Of a stretch of 64,000 nt of DNA, positions 25,838-34,409 are shown in pieces; position 1 is the first letter of the stretch; each line of letters opens with the position of its first letter. A program made the translations under genes and the position numbers. The stretch is from Nitrospira sp. (GTDB taxonomy: Bacteria; Nitrospirota; Thermodesulfovibrionia; Thermodesulfovibrionales; SM23-35). Where the stretch lies: contig VGWX01000001.1 in NCBI GenBank assembly GCA_016873615.1, positions 53,734 through 117,733 on the forward strand. The letters run 5' to 3'. The notes under the pieces were generated by a model. It made no database searches. It was not told where the DNA came from and saw only the letters and a program-made list of their open reading frames with translations.

Positions 25838-26818
25838 TTAACCAATCTCTTCTATTATTGCAGCAGCTAATAAAGGGAACATAATCTCATGGTGTCCGGT
25901 CAGGGCATAACACGTGCCTCTATTCATGGTCGGCCTTCTGAGCACATTCTCTGCAGGCCTGTAATGCTGGATAAAGTCCATGTTGACCGTTGTAATATTC
26001 TCAACCTTATTGCCGAGATTTCTCGCTACTGTCAATGCTTTCAGGAAAACCTCGGGCATGATGACGGCAGAACCGAGATTGATGTAAACACCGCCTTCAA
26101 GATCAGATACAACAGCGGAAAAAAGCCTGAAGTCCCTGAAGCTCCCCTCTCCTATAGCCATACCGTCAGCCTCAGGATGCATATGAATAATATCAGTGCC
26201 GATTGCGACATGCACGGTTGCAGGGATGCCAAGCTCATAGGCATTGGCAAAAATACTTCTGTTCTTAAACCTGAAAGAACTTCTGTAAATCATCTCCCCT
26301 ACGGATTGTCCTATGCCGAATCCCTTCTTAAGACCATTTTTTATGGCCTTATTCAGATATGTCCCGGTCTCGTCTGCCATTCCAAACGTTCCTTTGCAGA
26401 GCTCTTTTCCGACATCTTCAGAAGTGTGCCCTATATAAGACAACTCAAAATCATGGACTATACAGGCGCCGTTTGTGGCTATCGCGGTTATAACTCCCTT
26501 TTTCATAAGGTCTATGATCAGGGGTGAGAGACCCACTTTGATCGGATGTGCTCCCATACCAATAACTACAGGCCTGTTATTCTTTCTTGCCTTAACTACA
26601 GCAGCAACAGCAGCCTTAAAGTTTTTCGCGGCAAGGATGTCCGGGAGTGAATCGAGAAATCTCCGGAATGTTTCACCTTTTGCAGGAATTGACGCAACAA
26701 CAGCTAAAGAGACTTTGCTTTTTCTTTTACTTATTGAACAGGTCTTAACCTTTTTTAGTGATACAGGTTTATATTTTGTCATGGAATTAATATTACCACA
26801 AAAGCCAAATTGAAGCAT
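25838..26818 (-). CDS. deoxyhypusine-synthase-like family protein (tentative)
   Basis: 326 aa. MGAHPIKVGLSPLIIDLMKKGVITAIATNGACIVHDFE resembles the DHS pattern (SGLR..I..L....VD..VTT.G..E.D). Assignment is from memory of the family pattern only. Confidence 0.45.
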   Translation of the reverse strand: MLQFGFCGNINSMTKYKPVSLKKVKTCSISKRKSKVSLAVVASIPAKGETFRRFLDSLPDILAAKNFKAAVAAVVKARKNNRPVVIGMGAHPIKVGLSPLIIDLMKKGVITAIATNGACIVHDFELSYIGHTSEDVGKELCKGTFGMADETGTYLNKAIKNGLKKGFGIGQSVGEMIYRSSFRFKNRSIFANAYELGIPATVHVAIGTDIIHMHPEADGMAIGEGSFRDFRLFSAVVSDLEGGVYINLGSAVIMPEVFLKALTVARNLGNKVENITTVNMDFIQHYRPAENVLRRPTMNRGTCYALTGHHEIMFPLLAAAIIEEIG

Positions 26819-26906
26819 TCGGAATGCAGATAATCTTATAGATAAGACCCCTGCGCTAAGAACACAGCGATGTCATATTGAAGAAAATATGCATCCTCTA
26901 TCATAC

Positions 26907-26997
26907 AAGGGGAGGGGATTAAGGGGAGGGTGAAAGAAATAAATATCTAACACCCTCTCCCTAACCCTCCCCCCTCAAGGGGGGAGGGAAATATCTG
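26907..26997. repeat. G-tract/C-tract palindromic repeat cluster in a divergent intergenic region
   Basis: aaggggaggggattaaggggagggtg (26907-26932) versus caccctctccctaaccctcccc. A perfect palindrome ccctcccccc-tcaa-ggggggaggg lies at 26965-26988. aaatatc flanks both. Confidence 0.6.
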
Positions 26998-27065
26998 GAA
27001 GCTAAAATTCATTGAAATGAATCATAAATACTGATAACCTATTAAAAAATATAGAGGGTTTAGAA

Positions 27066-27554
27066 ATGCCATTTCAGGATATATTGGACAGGCATGAAGA
27101 TATCAGAAAAACGGAATATCATCATGAAATCCTTGTAAAAGGTTCAGACTTTCAGGCCTGTAAAAAAAAGGTTTTGCTTTTTTTTGAAAAATACCAGCTG
27201 GTCCGTTACTCTTACATTGCGATATTGGAAAATAAATCCCTCTCTGCTGCAGACTCAGGGTTTGAGGACAGACTGAATGAAGCAATCCTGAAAAACCGGC
27301 AGATAGTCAATGATCTTATAGAGAAACTTCAGGCAGAAGAGATAAAAACCCTTAATGACCTGAAAGCGCTTCCTCATGGCTATAAGTCAAAGATGCTGCA
27401 TGTCATCACTCATTTCCTGGATGGGTTCTTCGGGATAGATACATATTTTTACAGTCTTGAAGACGACTCCCACTGGGTTACAGAAGAGTCTCTTGAGAAA
27501 ATCAATGCCTCGCCTTCTGATTACTGGCTTTTATCCTTAGAGGCTAAAATTTAG
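27066..27554 (+). CDS. hypothetical protein (162 aa)
   Basis: Clean ORF with GAGGG SD. No recognisable motif. Confidence 0.5.
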   Translation: MPFQDILDRHEDIRKTEYHHEILVKGSDFQACKKKVLLFFEKYQLVRYSYIAILENKSLSAADSGFEDRLNEAILKNRQIVNDLIEKLQAEEIKTLNDLKALPHGYKSKMLHVITHFLDGFFGIDTYFYSLEDDSHWVTEESLEKINASPSDYWLLSLEAKI

Positions 27555-27664
27555 GCATCCTATAATATCCCGTTAAATGCACAGGATTCTGAAAAGGAAC
27601 CTTTGTTGCTTTTATACCCCGTTTTATGGTAGTTTAAACATCTAAATTAATCAGGAGGATTGAA

Positions 27665-27961
27665 TTGCCGGCAAAAGCAAGACCAAAGAAAAATCTCTCA
27701 GCCATGAAAAGGGCGAGACAGGCTGTAAAAAGAAATCTTCGCAACACGAGTGTATTGAGCTCTGTTAAAACTATCATAAAGAAAGTTGAAGAGGCGATTG
27801 CTTCAGGCAACAGAGAAGACGCAGGCAAAGCCCTTCTCAAGGCTGTTTCAGCGCTCAATAAGGCTGCTTCAAAAGGTGTTATTCATGATAATACTGCTTC
27901 AAGGAAAATATCCCGGCTTACGAAGAAGGTAAACGCCCTTCCTGCAGCCGGAGCAGCTTAA
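27665..27961 (+). CDS. rpsT: 30S ribosomal protein S20
   Basis: The basic helical protein KRARQAVKRNLRNTSVLSSVKTIIKKV...NKAASKGVIHDNTASRKISRL is the S20 signature. TTG start lies 6 nt after AGGAGG (27653-27658). Confidence 0.85.
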   Translation: MPAKARPKKNLSAMKRARQAVKRNLRNTSVLSSVKTIIKKVEEAIASGNREDAGKALLKAVSALNKAASKGVIHDNTASRKISRLTKKVNALPAAGAA

Positions 27962-28838
27962 TCAGCAGATACTCCATAGGGAAGATTCTCCCTGAGCTTT
28001 TAATATCTTTATCAACACTGTTTAACAGTTCGAATACCCTGAGAAGATATTCATTTTCTGCCTGATTGCCGCCTGAATGGATATGGCGTCCGTATTGCCA
28101 GTTCAGGGCGCCAATCAGGCTGTAATCGTCTGAGGTCTCCTGTAATGTCTTATAAATCCTGAAGACTCGCCCGGGATCTCTTCCCCTGAGTGCATTTGTG
28201 AGGTCAAATATACTGTAAAGCCTACCCCCTGTAACTATTTCAGAGATGTCATCCGTATGAACCTTTTCCTTGCCCAGCAGGGAAATCTTCTCGATCTCTG
28301 CTGCAAGCAAACCAAGGTCCGGACCATGAAGGCCTATTAAAAAATCGATTGCGTCATCAGATATTTCCATGCCCTTTATCCGAGCCCTCTTTTTTATCCA
28401 GAAAGGGATTTCTGATTCTCTCATATCGAGGGATATAGGTTTTAATGCCTTGAATTTCTCCCTCGCATCTTTGCTTAATAACCCGCTATGGAGTATCACA
28501 AAGACTGAACCCTCGGCCGGATTTGATATATATACATGCAATTTTTCAAGGTCTTTCTTTAATAGCTTCTGAATGTTTCCTGAGAGGATAGTAAATCTTC
28601 TCCCGCCGAAGAAAGAAACTGTATTTGCCACATTCAATATCTGCTCTAATGTTATGCTGTCTTCTCCCTGCATTGTAAGATCCAATATGTGGAAATTGAA
28701 ATCTCTTTCGGTCTCAGGCACAAGTCTCTTTATCTCATCCATAGCTTCCCTGATGAGAAACAGATCTGATGCGTAAAACATATAAACAGGGGCCGGCAAA
28801 CCTTTTTCTACTGCGTTAAGAAATGTCTGGAAGCTCAT
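27918..28838 (-). CDS. holA: DNA polymerase III subunit delta
   Basis: 306 aa with a typical delta N-terminus (VYMFYASDLFLIREAMDEI). It is in the conserved leuS-lptE-holA order. Confidence 0.8.
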   Translation of the reverse strand: MSFQTFLNAVEKGLPAPVYMFYASDLFLIREAMDEIKRLVPETERDFNFHILDLTMQGEDSITLEQILNVANTVSFFGGRRFTILSGNIQKLLKKDLEKLHVYISNPAEGSVFVILHSGLLSKDAREKFKALKPISLDMRESEIPFWIKKRARIKGMEISDDAIDFLIGLHGPDLGLLAAEIEKISLLGKEKVHTDDISEIVTGGRLYSIFDLTNALRGRDPGRVFRIYKTLQETSDDYSLIGALNWQYGRHIHSGGNQAENEYLLRVFELLNSVDKDIKSSGRIFPMEYLLIKLLRLQEGRLPSS

Positions 28839-29386
28839 TGATAAAGAATAATGCCGACTATTTCCATAGCCATATCTCTCATGGCCTTTTCTGAGGCCAG
28901 CTCTTTAGATGCGATGAGGTTATTCAATGGTCCGGGGCCTGAAAAAGAGATTATAAACGGAGAGCCTGTATTTTTTAATTCCTTAATCTTTCCTGAAGGG
29001 TCTGTAAGGATGAAATTCCCCTTGATTACTACTTCATATTCTGTTGCTATGTCTGATTTTTCCGAGAGTATGAGCAATTCGAAATGATTAATTCTACCGC
29101 TCAGTTTATATCCTGCATCACGATTAACAGAAACCCCATGTTTTAAAAACTCATCTGTAAGCGCCCTATAGAGTATGTCCTGAAGTTTAGGCTCAATAGT
29201 TACATTCTCTATTTTTCCGATCTGGATTGCCTGAAAAGGAAGAGATGCCTTGTTCTGGATCGAATAACCACAACCAAATAAGCATAGAGCATAGAGCATA
29301 GAGCAAAGAATGAGGAAAGAGCACAAGATATAACTAATAGTTTTTTTGCTTTCAGCTCTTTGCTCTTCGCTCTTCGCTCTCATCAT
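28835..29386 (-). CDS. lptE: LPS-assembly lipoprotein LptE
   Basis: 183 aa with lipobox LFGCGY, positioned between leuS and holA as in Proteobacteria. The N-terminal 40 codons are encoded by an inverted-repeat element (see findings). Confidence 0.7.
   Translation of the reverse strand: MMRAKSEEQRAESKKTISYILCSFLILCSMLYALCLFGCGYSIQNKASLPFQAIQIGKIENVTIEPKLQDILYRALTDEFLKHGVSVNRDAGYKLSGRINHFELLILSEKSDIATEYEVVIKGNFILTDPSGKIKELKNTGSPFIISFSGPGPLNNLIASKELASEKAMRDMAMEIVGIILYQ
29281..29383. repeat. imperfect inverted repeat (gagcatagagc x3 ... gctcttcgctcttcgctc) forming the 5' end of lptE
   Basis: agcatagagcatagagcatagagcaaagaatgagg (29281-29315) versus agctctttgctcttcgctcttcgctct (29354-29380). Confidence 0.6.
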
Positions 29387-31869
29387 TCCCCGATAACTAT
29401 GTTAACCAATTTCCCCCTGACAATAATAACCTTTTTGATTGTTTTGCCGCCAATAATTTCTCTGACCCTGTTATCATCAAAGGCGATCTTTTTTATCTCA
29501 TCATCAGGGATACCTGCGGTTATAATGATCTTTGATCTCAGCTTGCCGTTAACCTGCACAACAAGTTCGATCATATCTTCTTTTGCAGCCTCATTATCCC
29601 ATTCGGGCCATTTCTGCTCAAATATGCTCGGCTTGTTTCCAAGCGCACCCCAGAGCTCTTCCGAGATATGGGGAGAAAATGGCGAGAGGAGAAGGAGGAG
29701 CTGTTCTATTGCAAACTTAAGAATACCCCATTCTTCATCCTTTTTCGGTTCAAATGCAGTTATTTCGTTTGCCAGTTCCATCAATGCTGCTATAGCTGTA
29801 TTAAAGTGGTACTCCCGCTCGATATCCGTTGTAACCTTTTTAATTGTATGATGAGTCTTTCTATACAAGAGTAAAGTCTTGGCAGGTTCTCCGATCACTT
29901 TACGTTTTAAACTTAAACCTTCACGGTTTTTATATACGATCCCCCATAATCTGTTAAGGAATCTGTATGCGCCGTCAACGCCTTTGTCCGACCAGTCAAG
30001 GTCTTTCTCGGGCGGGGCAGCAAACAATGAAAACAGCCTTGATGTATCAGCCCCGTATTTCCGGATTAGATAGTTAGGGTCTACAACATTGCCCTTTGAC
30101 TTTGACATCTTTGAGCCATCTTTAATGACCATGCCCTGAGTGAGAAGATTCTGAAAAGGTTCATTGATATTCAGAAGGCCAAGATCACGGATCACTTTTG
30201 TAAAAAACCTCGAATACAGGAGATGAAGCACTGCATGCTCAACGCCGCCTATATACTGGTCGACAGGCATCCAGTATTTGAGTCCTGATTCCCGTGTTAT
30301 AATTTCCGATTTTAGATCTATATCTCCCTTTTTAAAGCAATACCTGATGAAATACCATGAGGAATCGACAAATGTGTCCATTGTATCGGTCTCACGCCTT
30401 GCCCTGCCTCTGCATTGAGGGCATTCGGCAAATAAAAAAGCCTCTGATTCAAGCAGCGGGGAGCTGCCCTTTCCGGTAATCTTCACATTTTCAGGCAGTA
30501 TAACCGGCAGATCTTTTTCCGGAACAGGAACAATTCCGCACCTATCACAGTACAATACAGGTATAGGTGTGCCCCAATATCTCTGCCGTGAAATGCCCCA
30601 ATCCCGTAATTTATAGTTGACAACAGCTTTCCCTAACCCTTTTTCTTCTATGAATTTAACTATCTCTTTCTTCGCAACATCGCTATGCAGACCAGTGAAT
30701 TGGCCGGAATCAATCAGCACCCCTTCATCTTCGTAAGCCCCGGCAAGGAGTTCAGCATCCGGCAATCCCCCTGTCCCCCCCCTTAGTAAAGGGGGGTTAG
30801 GGGGGATTTCTGGCATAATAACCACCTGAACAGGCAGACCATATTTCTTTGCAAACTCAAAATCCCTCTGGTCATGGGCCGGCACAGACATAATGGCGCC
30901 TGTTCCATATTCCATGAGGACAAAGTTTGCCACATAAATAGGCACTCTTTCACCGTTTAATGGGTTAGTCGCACTGAAGTCAGTAAGAAGTCCCACCTTC
31001 TCGGTTTCTTTGCCATATTTTGCTTTCACCGCATCAAGGGCGCCTTTATCCTTAACGAGTTTTTCTGACAGGGGATGTCCAGGTGCGATACACATAAACT
31101 TAACACCGAATAAGGTATCAGGCCTTGTGGTAAATATCCTCAATTTCTCTCCGATCTCTTCAACCGGAAAATCAACTTCTACGCCCTCGCCCTTGCCGAT
31201 CCAATTTTTCTGCATCAGGACTACCCTTTCAGGCCATCCATCCAATTCGTCACAGCTCTGCAGCAGCTCCTCTGCATATTGGGTGATCCTGAAAAACCAC
31301 TGTTCAAGCTTCTTCTGGATAACCAGGCTGTCACAGCGCCAGCATTTTTCATCAATAACCTGCTCATTGGCAAGGACAGTTGTACAGGAGGGACACCAGT
31401 TGACAAAAGAATATTTTCTGTGCGCGAGCCCTCTTTCTAACATCTTCAGGAAAAACCACTGGTTCCATTTGTAATACTCAGGGGTGCAGGTCGTCACCTC
31501 TCTCTCCCAGTCATAACTCAGTCCCATGCGGTTAAGCTGTATCTTCATGTTATCAATATTCCTGCGTGTCCATTCTGACGGATGCACATCATGCTTAATC
31601 GCAGCATTCTCAGCAGGAAGTCCGAACGCATCCCATCCCATCGGATGAAGCACATTGTATCCGTGCATCCGTTTATATCGTGCGATCACATCACCGATAG
31701 CATAGTTTCTTACGTGACCCATATGAATCTCGCCTGAAGGATAAGGGAACATCTCAAGGCAGTAAAATTTTTTCTTATTGAGGGAGCCATCTGTTTTATA
31801 AAGTTGTCTCTCCGACCAGTATTTCTGCCACTTTAATTCAACTGCCTGTGGATCATATCTTTCTTCCAA
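29383..31869 (-). CDS. leuS: leucine--tRNA ligase
   Basis: 828 aa with HMGHVRNY (HIGH) and KMSKSKGN (KMSKS) motifs. Confidence 0.95.
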   Translation of the reverse strand: MEERYDPQAVELKWQKYWSERQLYKTDGSLNKKKFYCLEMFPYPSGEIHMGHVRNYAIGDVIARYKRMHGYNVLHPMGWDAFGLPAENAAIKHDVHPSEWTRRNIDNMKIQLNRMGLSYDWEREVTTCTPEYYKWNQWFFLKMLERGLAHRKYSFVNWCPSCTTVLANEQVIDEKCWRCDSLVIQKKLEQWFFRITQYAEELLQSCDELDGWPERVVLMQKNWIGKGEGVEVDFPVEEIGEKLRIFTTRPDTLFGVKFMCIAPGHPLSEKLVKDKGALDAVKAKYGKETEKVGLLTDFSATNPLNGERVPIYVANFVLMEYGTGAIMSVPAHDQRDFEFAKKYGLPVQVVIMPEIPPNPPLLRGGTGGLPDAELLAGAYEDEGVLIDSGQFTGLHSDVAKKEIVKFIEEKGLGKAVVNYKLRDWGISRQRYWGTPIPVLYCDRCGIVPVPEKDLPVILPENVKITGKGSSPLLESEAFLFAECPQCRGRARRETDTMDTFVDSSWYFIRYCFKKGDIDLKSEIITRESGLKYWMPVDQYIGGVEHAVLHLLYSRFFTKVIRDLGLLNINEPFQNLLTQGMVIKDGSKMSKSKGNVVDPNYLIRKYGADTSRLFSLFAAPPEKDLDWSDKGVDGAYRFLNRLWGIVYKNREGLSLKRKVIGEPAKTLLLYRKTHHTIKKVTTDIEREYHFNTAIAALMELANEITAFEPKKDEEWGILKFAIEQLLLLLSPFSPHISEELWGALGNKPSIFEQKWPEWDNEAAKEDMIELVVQVNGKLRSKIIITAGIPDDEIKKIAFDDNRVREIIGGKTIKKVIIVRGKLVNIVIGE
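30764..30808. repeat. 45-nt G/C-tract palindromic element inside leuS (in frame)
   Basis: aatccccctgtccccccccttagtaaaggggggttaggggggatt. It is near-identical to 36605-36648 and encodes EIPPNPPLLRGGTGGLPD in LeuRS. Confidence 0.75.
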
Positions 31870-31983
31870 ATTAACCTACCTCCTGACAACAATAAAAAAC
31901 TGACATAAATACCAATATATCAGCAAGAATTACATGAACGGTATTATAGCAAAAACGATGATTTCAGATAATGCGAAGGATGA

Positions 31984-33291
31984 TCAGGCAGAAAGGTTTA
32001 ACTGATAGGTGCTCCATTGCCTGCAGCTTGTGCATCTCCCTGACCATTCGGAAGCTGTATAAGCACAATTCTTACAACTGTAAGAGAGACTGAAAGCGCA
32101 CTTGTGGGCATCCAGAGCCTTTTTGAATTCATGCATAGCCCGGTCCATCTGATGCCTCTTCATATAGAGGTTGCCCATCAGTTGATGCATTTCAGGATAT
32201 ATAGTGCCTCCTGTATCAACGGATGCCATTGTCTCAAACGCATCATCGATCATTTCGAGCCTGTAATAGAGTTTTCCAAGGAAAAACTTAATAACAGGAT
32301 CATTCGGGTTTTTTGATATATTATTTTTGTATATCCTTATAAGCCTTAATGGTTCACCCACACTGATGAGCAGATCCTCAAGTCTCAGAAGGACGATCAT
32401 AGACAATGTTTGCCCGTAACTCTTTTCGAGGAGGTTGATTGCCTCTTCTGTTTCTCCTTCCCTTAAAAGCACTTCAGCAAGTCCAAGGGTTGCAGGTATA
32501 AAGTCCTTTTCCAACCTTAATACAGTCCTGAACGCCTTTTTTGCTTTTTCAAGATCCCCGCTTTCAAGACTGTACCTTCCATACTCATATTTGTAACCGA
32601 CAAGGTTCAGCCGTTCGCGGTTTTTATCTTTTTCTGCATGTTCGTTTTTCAGTATTGTTTTCTGCATAAAGACGATGTCATCCCATCTTTCCTGTTTTTC
32701 GAGTATATCTCTTTTTTTGTAAAGGGCAGAGAGATTTTTATCGTCCAAATCGAGTATTTCCTCAATGTACCTGAGGGCATCAGTCCATCTGCCTGTCTTT
32801 TCCATAAGCCTTTCAAGAGAAAACAAGACCTCGATGTTCCTGGGATTAAGATCCCTTGCCCTCTGATAATATTCACGCGCCTTTTGAAAATCATCTTCAG
32901 CAATAGCAATGTCTCCAAGCTGAAGTAAGGCATTGAGGTGCTCCGGTTCCTCTGTTAAGACGCCTGTGAGCAATTCTTTCGCTTCTGCCTGATTATGATG
33001 GGAGAACAGATAGTTTAATGCCTTTGAGTATAATTCCTGAACTTTTGCTTCTTTCTTCTGTTTTTTCTGGTACTGCAGACTATCTACATATCTTTTTGTA
33101 TCTCTGACAACAAACACAAGGAGCATCGCGAGTGCTCCGATTACAATCGAAAGGAGTATGAGAGCGATCGTAGGGGTTTCGTAAACCTGACCGAACGGCA
33201 TTTGTACAATAGTAACTTTTTGATTGTATATGGCAAATAAGGCGAGTGCTGCCAGGAACAGAACAAATATAAAAACAGCCAGTTTGCTCAT
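31984..33291 (-). CDS. lapB: LapA-LapB fusion: LPS assembly protein B (YciM) with N-terminal LapA-like two-TM domain
   Basis: 435 aa: two N-terminal TM helices, TPR repeats, then a C-terminal rubredoxin-type CKNC...CTSC. Confidence 0.75.
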   Translation of the reverse strand: MSKLAVFIFVLFLAALALFAIYNQKVTIVQMPFGQVYETPTIALILLSIVIGALAMLLVFVVRDTKRYVDSLQYQKKQKKEAKVQELYSKALNYLFSHHNQAEAKELLTGVLTEEPEHLNALLQLGDIAIAEDDFQKAREYYQRARDLNPRNIEVLFSLERLMEKTGRWTDALRYIEEILDLDDKNLSALYKKRDILEKQERWDDIVFMQKTILKNEHAEKDKNRERLNLVGYKYEYGRYSLESGDLEKAKKAFRTVLRLEKDFIPATLGLAEVLLREGETEEAINLLEKSYGQTLSMIVLLRLEDLLISVGEPLRLIRIYKNNISKNPNDPVIKFFLGKLYYRLEMIDDAFETMASVDTGGTIYPEMHQLMGNLYMKRHQMDRAMHEFKKALDAHKCAFSLSYSCKNCAYTASEWSGRCTSCRQWSTYQLNLSA

Positions 33292-33294
33292 TAT

Positions 33295-33639
33295 TTATGA
33301 TCCCAGAGGTATTCTTTTGGCGTCAATCCATAGTTTCTCAAGCTCATAATACGCCCTGGTCTGTTCTTCAAAGATATGAATGATGATATCACCATAATCC
33401 ATCAATACCCAGAGGTTATTCTTCATGCCTTCAATTCCGAGCGGTTTAATGCCTGCCTCTTCAAATTCTTCTTCGATCTGTTCTTCTATGGCTTTTACCT
33501 GGGTGGTGCTCTCTCCCGAGCAGATGATAAAGAAGTCTGCTATTTGGGTCAAACCTTGTAAATCGAGGATAATAAGATCTTTAGCCTTTTTATCGAGTGC
33601 TGCCTTTGCTGCTTTGAGTGCTTTCTCTTTGTTTTCTAA
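33295..33639 (-). CDS. rsfS: ribosome silencing factor RsfS (start codon unresolved)
   Basis: The ORF track gives only 85 aa from TTG 33552. The frame stays open upstream to 33660 and encodes the conserved RsfS N-terminus (ALKAAKAALDKKAKDLIILDLQGLTQIADFFIICSG). GGGAGGG (33653-33647) precedes a TTA at 33639. Confidence 0.75.
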   Translation of the reverse strand, partial: LENKEKALKAAKAALDKKAKDLIILDLQGLTQIADFFIICSGESTTQVKAIEEQIEEEFEEAGIKPLGIEGMKNNLWVLMDYGDIIIHIFEEQTRAYYELEKLWIDAKRIPLGS

Positions 33640-33664
33640 AGTCTTTCCCTCCCTTCTTTTTTAA

Positions 33665-33752
33665 GTTAAAAGTGAAAAGCTAAGAGTTAAAAGTTTCTCA
33701 CAGGTATCCTTTTCTGATTTAAACTTTTAACTACTAACTTTCAACTTTTAAC
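33665..33752. repeat. imperfect inverted repeat (gttaaaagt... family) between rsfS and nadD
   Basis: gttaaaagtgaaaagctaagagttaaaagtt (33665-33695) versus the reverse complement of 33721-33752 (gttaaaagttgaaagttagtagttaaaagttt). Confidence 0.6.
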
Positions 33753-34404
33753 TTCTGTAAAGCTTATTCTTAATTATATAGGATTGGACTTCTGCTGGCA
33801 ACAGATATTTTATGCTTTTACCCTGTTCTATAAGCTTTCTGATCTCTGTTGAAGATATGCCTATCCGGGTAAGTCTGACAAGAACTGCCTTCATATTGCT
33901 TCTGAGTTTCGCTATATGCATTACAGTTTTCTTATTATCAAGGCGTTCCAGAATCGCCTTGCTGATTTTCATGTAAGGGGACATCTGCAGATCAGTGAAT
34001 CTGAAGCCAGGCCTGGAGATGATTATAAAATGAGTGGCGGCGATGAGTTTTTCCGGTTGCCGCCAGTTGGGGATATCGAGAAAGGCATCTATTCCAAGGA
34101 TAAAGTAAAACTCTGTCTCAGGATTCAGCGCGCTCAGCCCTTCGATTGTCTTTACTGTGTATGATTTTCCTTTCAGTCTGCCTTCTATATCTGAAAGTCT
34201 GAAAAAAAGGTTGTTCTTAATTGCAATCCCTGTCATCTCATATCTGTGCCTTGCATCTGCAATATCTTTTGTCTTGAGAGGTGGCTTTCCTGAAGGGATA
34301 AACAGGATATTATCCAAATCGAGATTTTCCCTTACCTCCTCAGCAGCCCTGAGGTGGCCATAATGTATAGGGTTGAATGTCCCGCCGAATATGCCGACTT
34401 TCAA
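33748..34404 (-). CDS. nadD: nicotinate-nucleotide adenylyltransferase
   Basis: 218 aa with the GGTFNPIHYGHL motif. Confidence 0.9.
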   Translation of the reverse strand: MKVGIFGGTFNPIHYGHLRAAEEVRENLDLDNILFIPSGKPPLKTKDIADARHRYEMTGIAIKNNLFFRLSDIEGRLKGKSYTVKTIEGLSALNPETEFYFILGIDAFLDIPNWRQPEKLIAATHFIIISRPGFRFTDLQMSPYMKISKAILERLDNKKTVMHIAKLRSNMKAVLVRLTRIGISSTEIRKLIEQGKSIKYLLPAEVQSYIIKNKLYRS

Positions 34405-34409
34405 GGGCT

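Noticed and set aside
27918-27961. 44-nt convergent overlap of the rpsT and holA 3' ends (similar: 37668-37681 mutL/abiEi, 57699-57721)
   Set aside because: Both ORFs are otherwise well supported, and the overlapping tails are non-conserved extensions. This is probably just compact gene packing and is not evidence of a feature.
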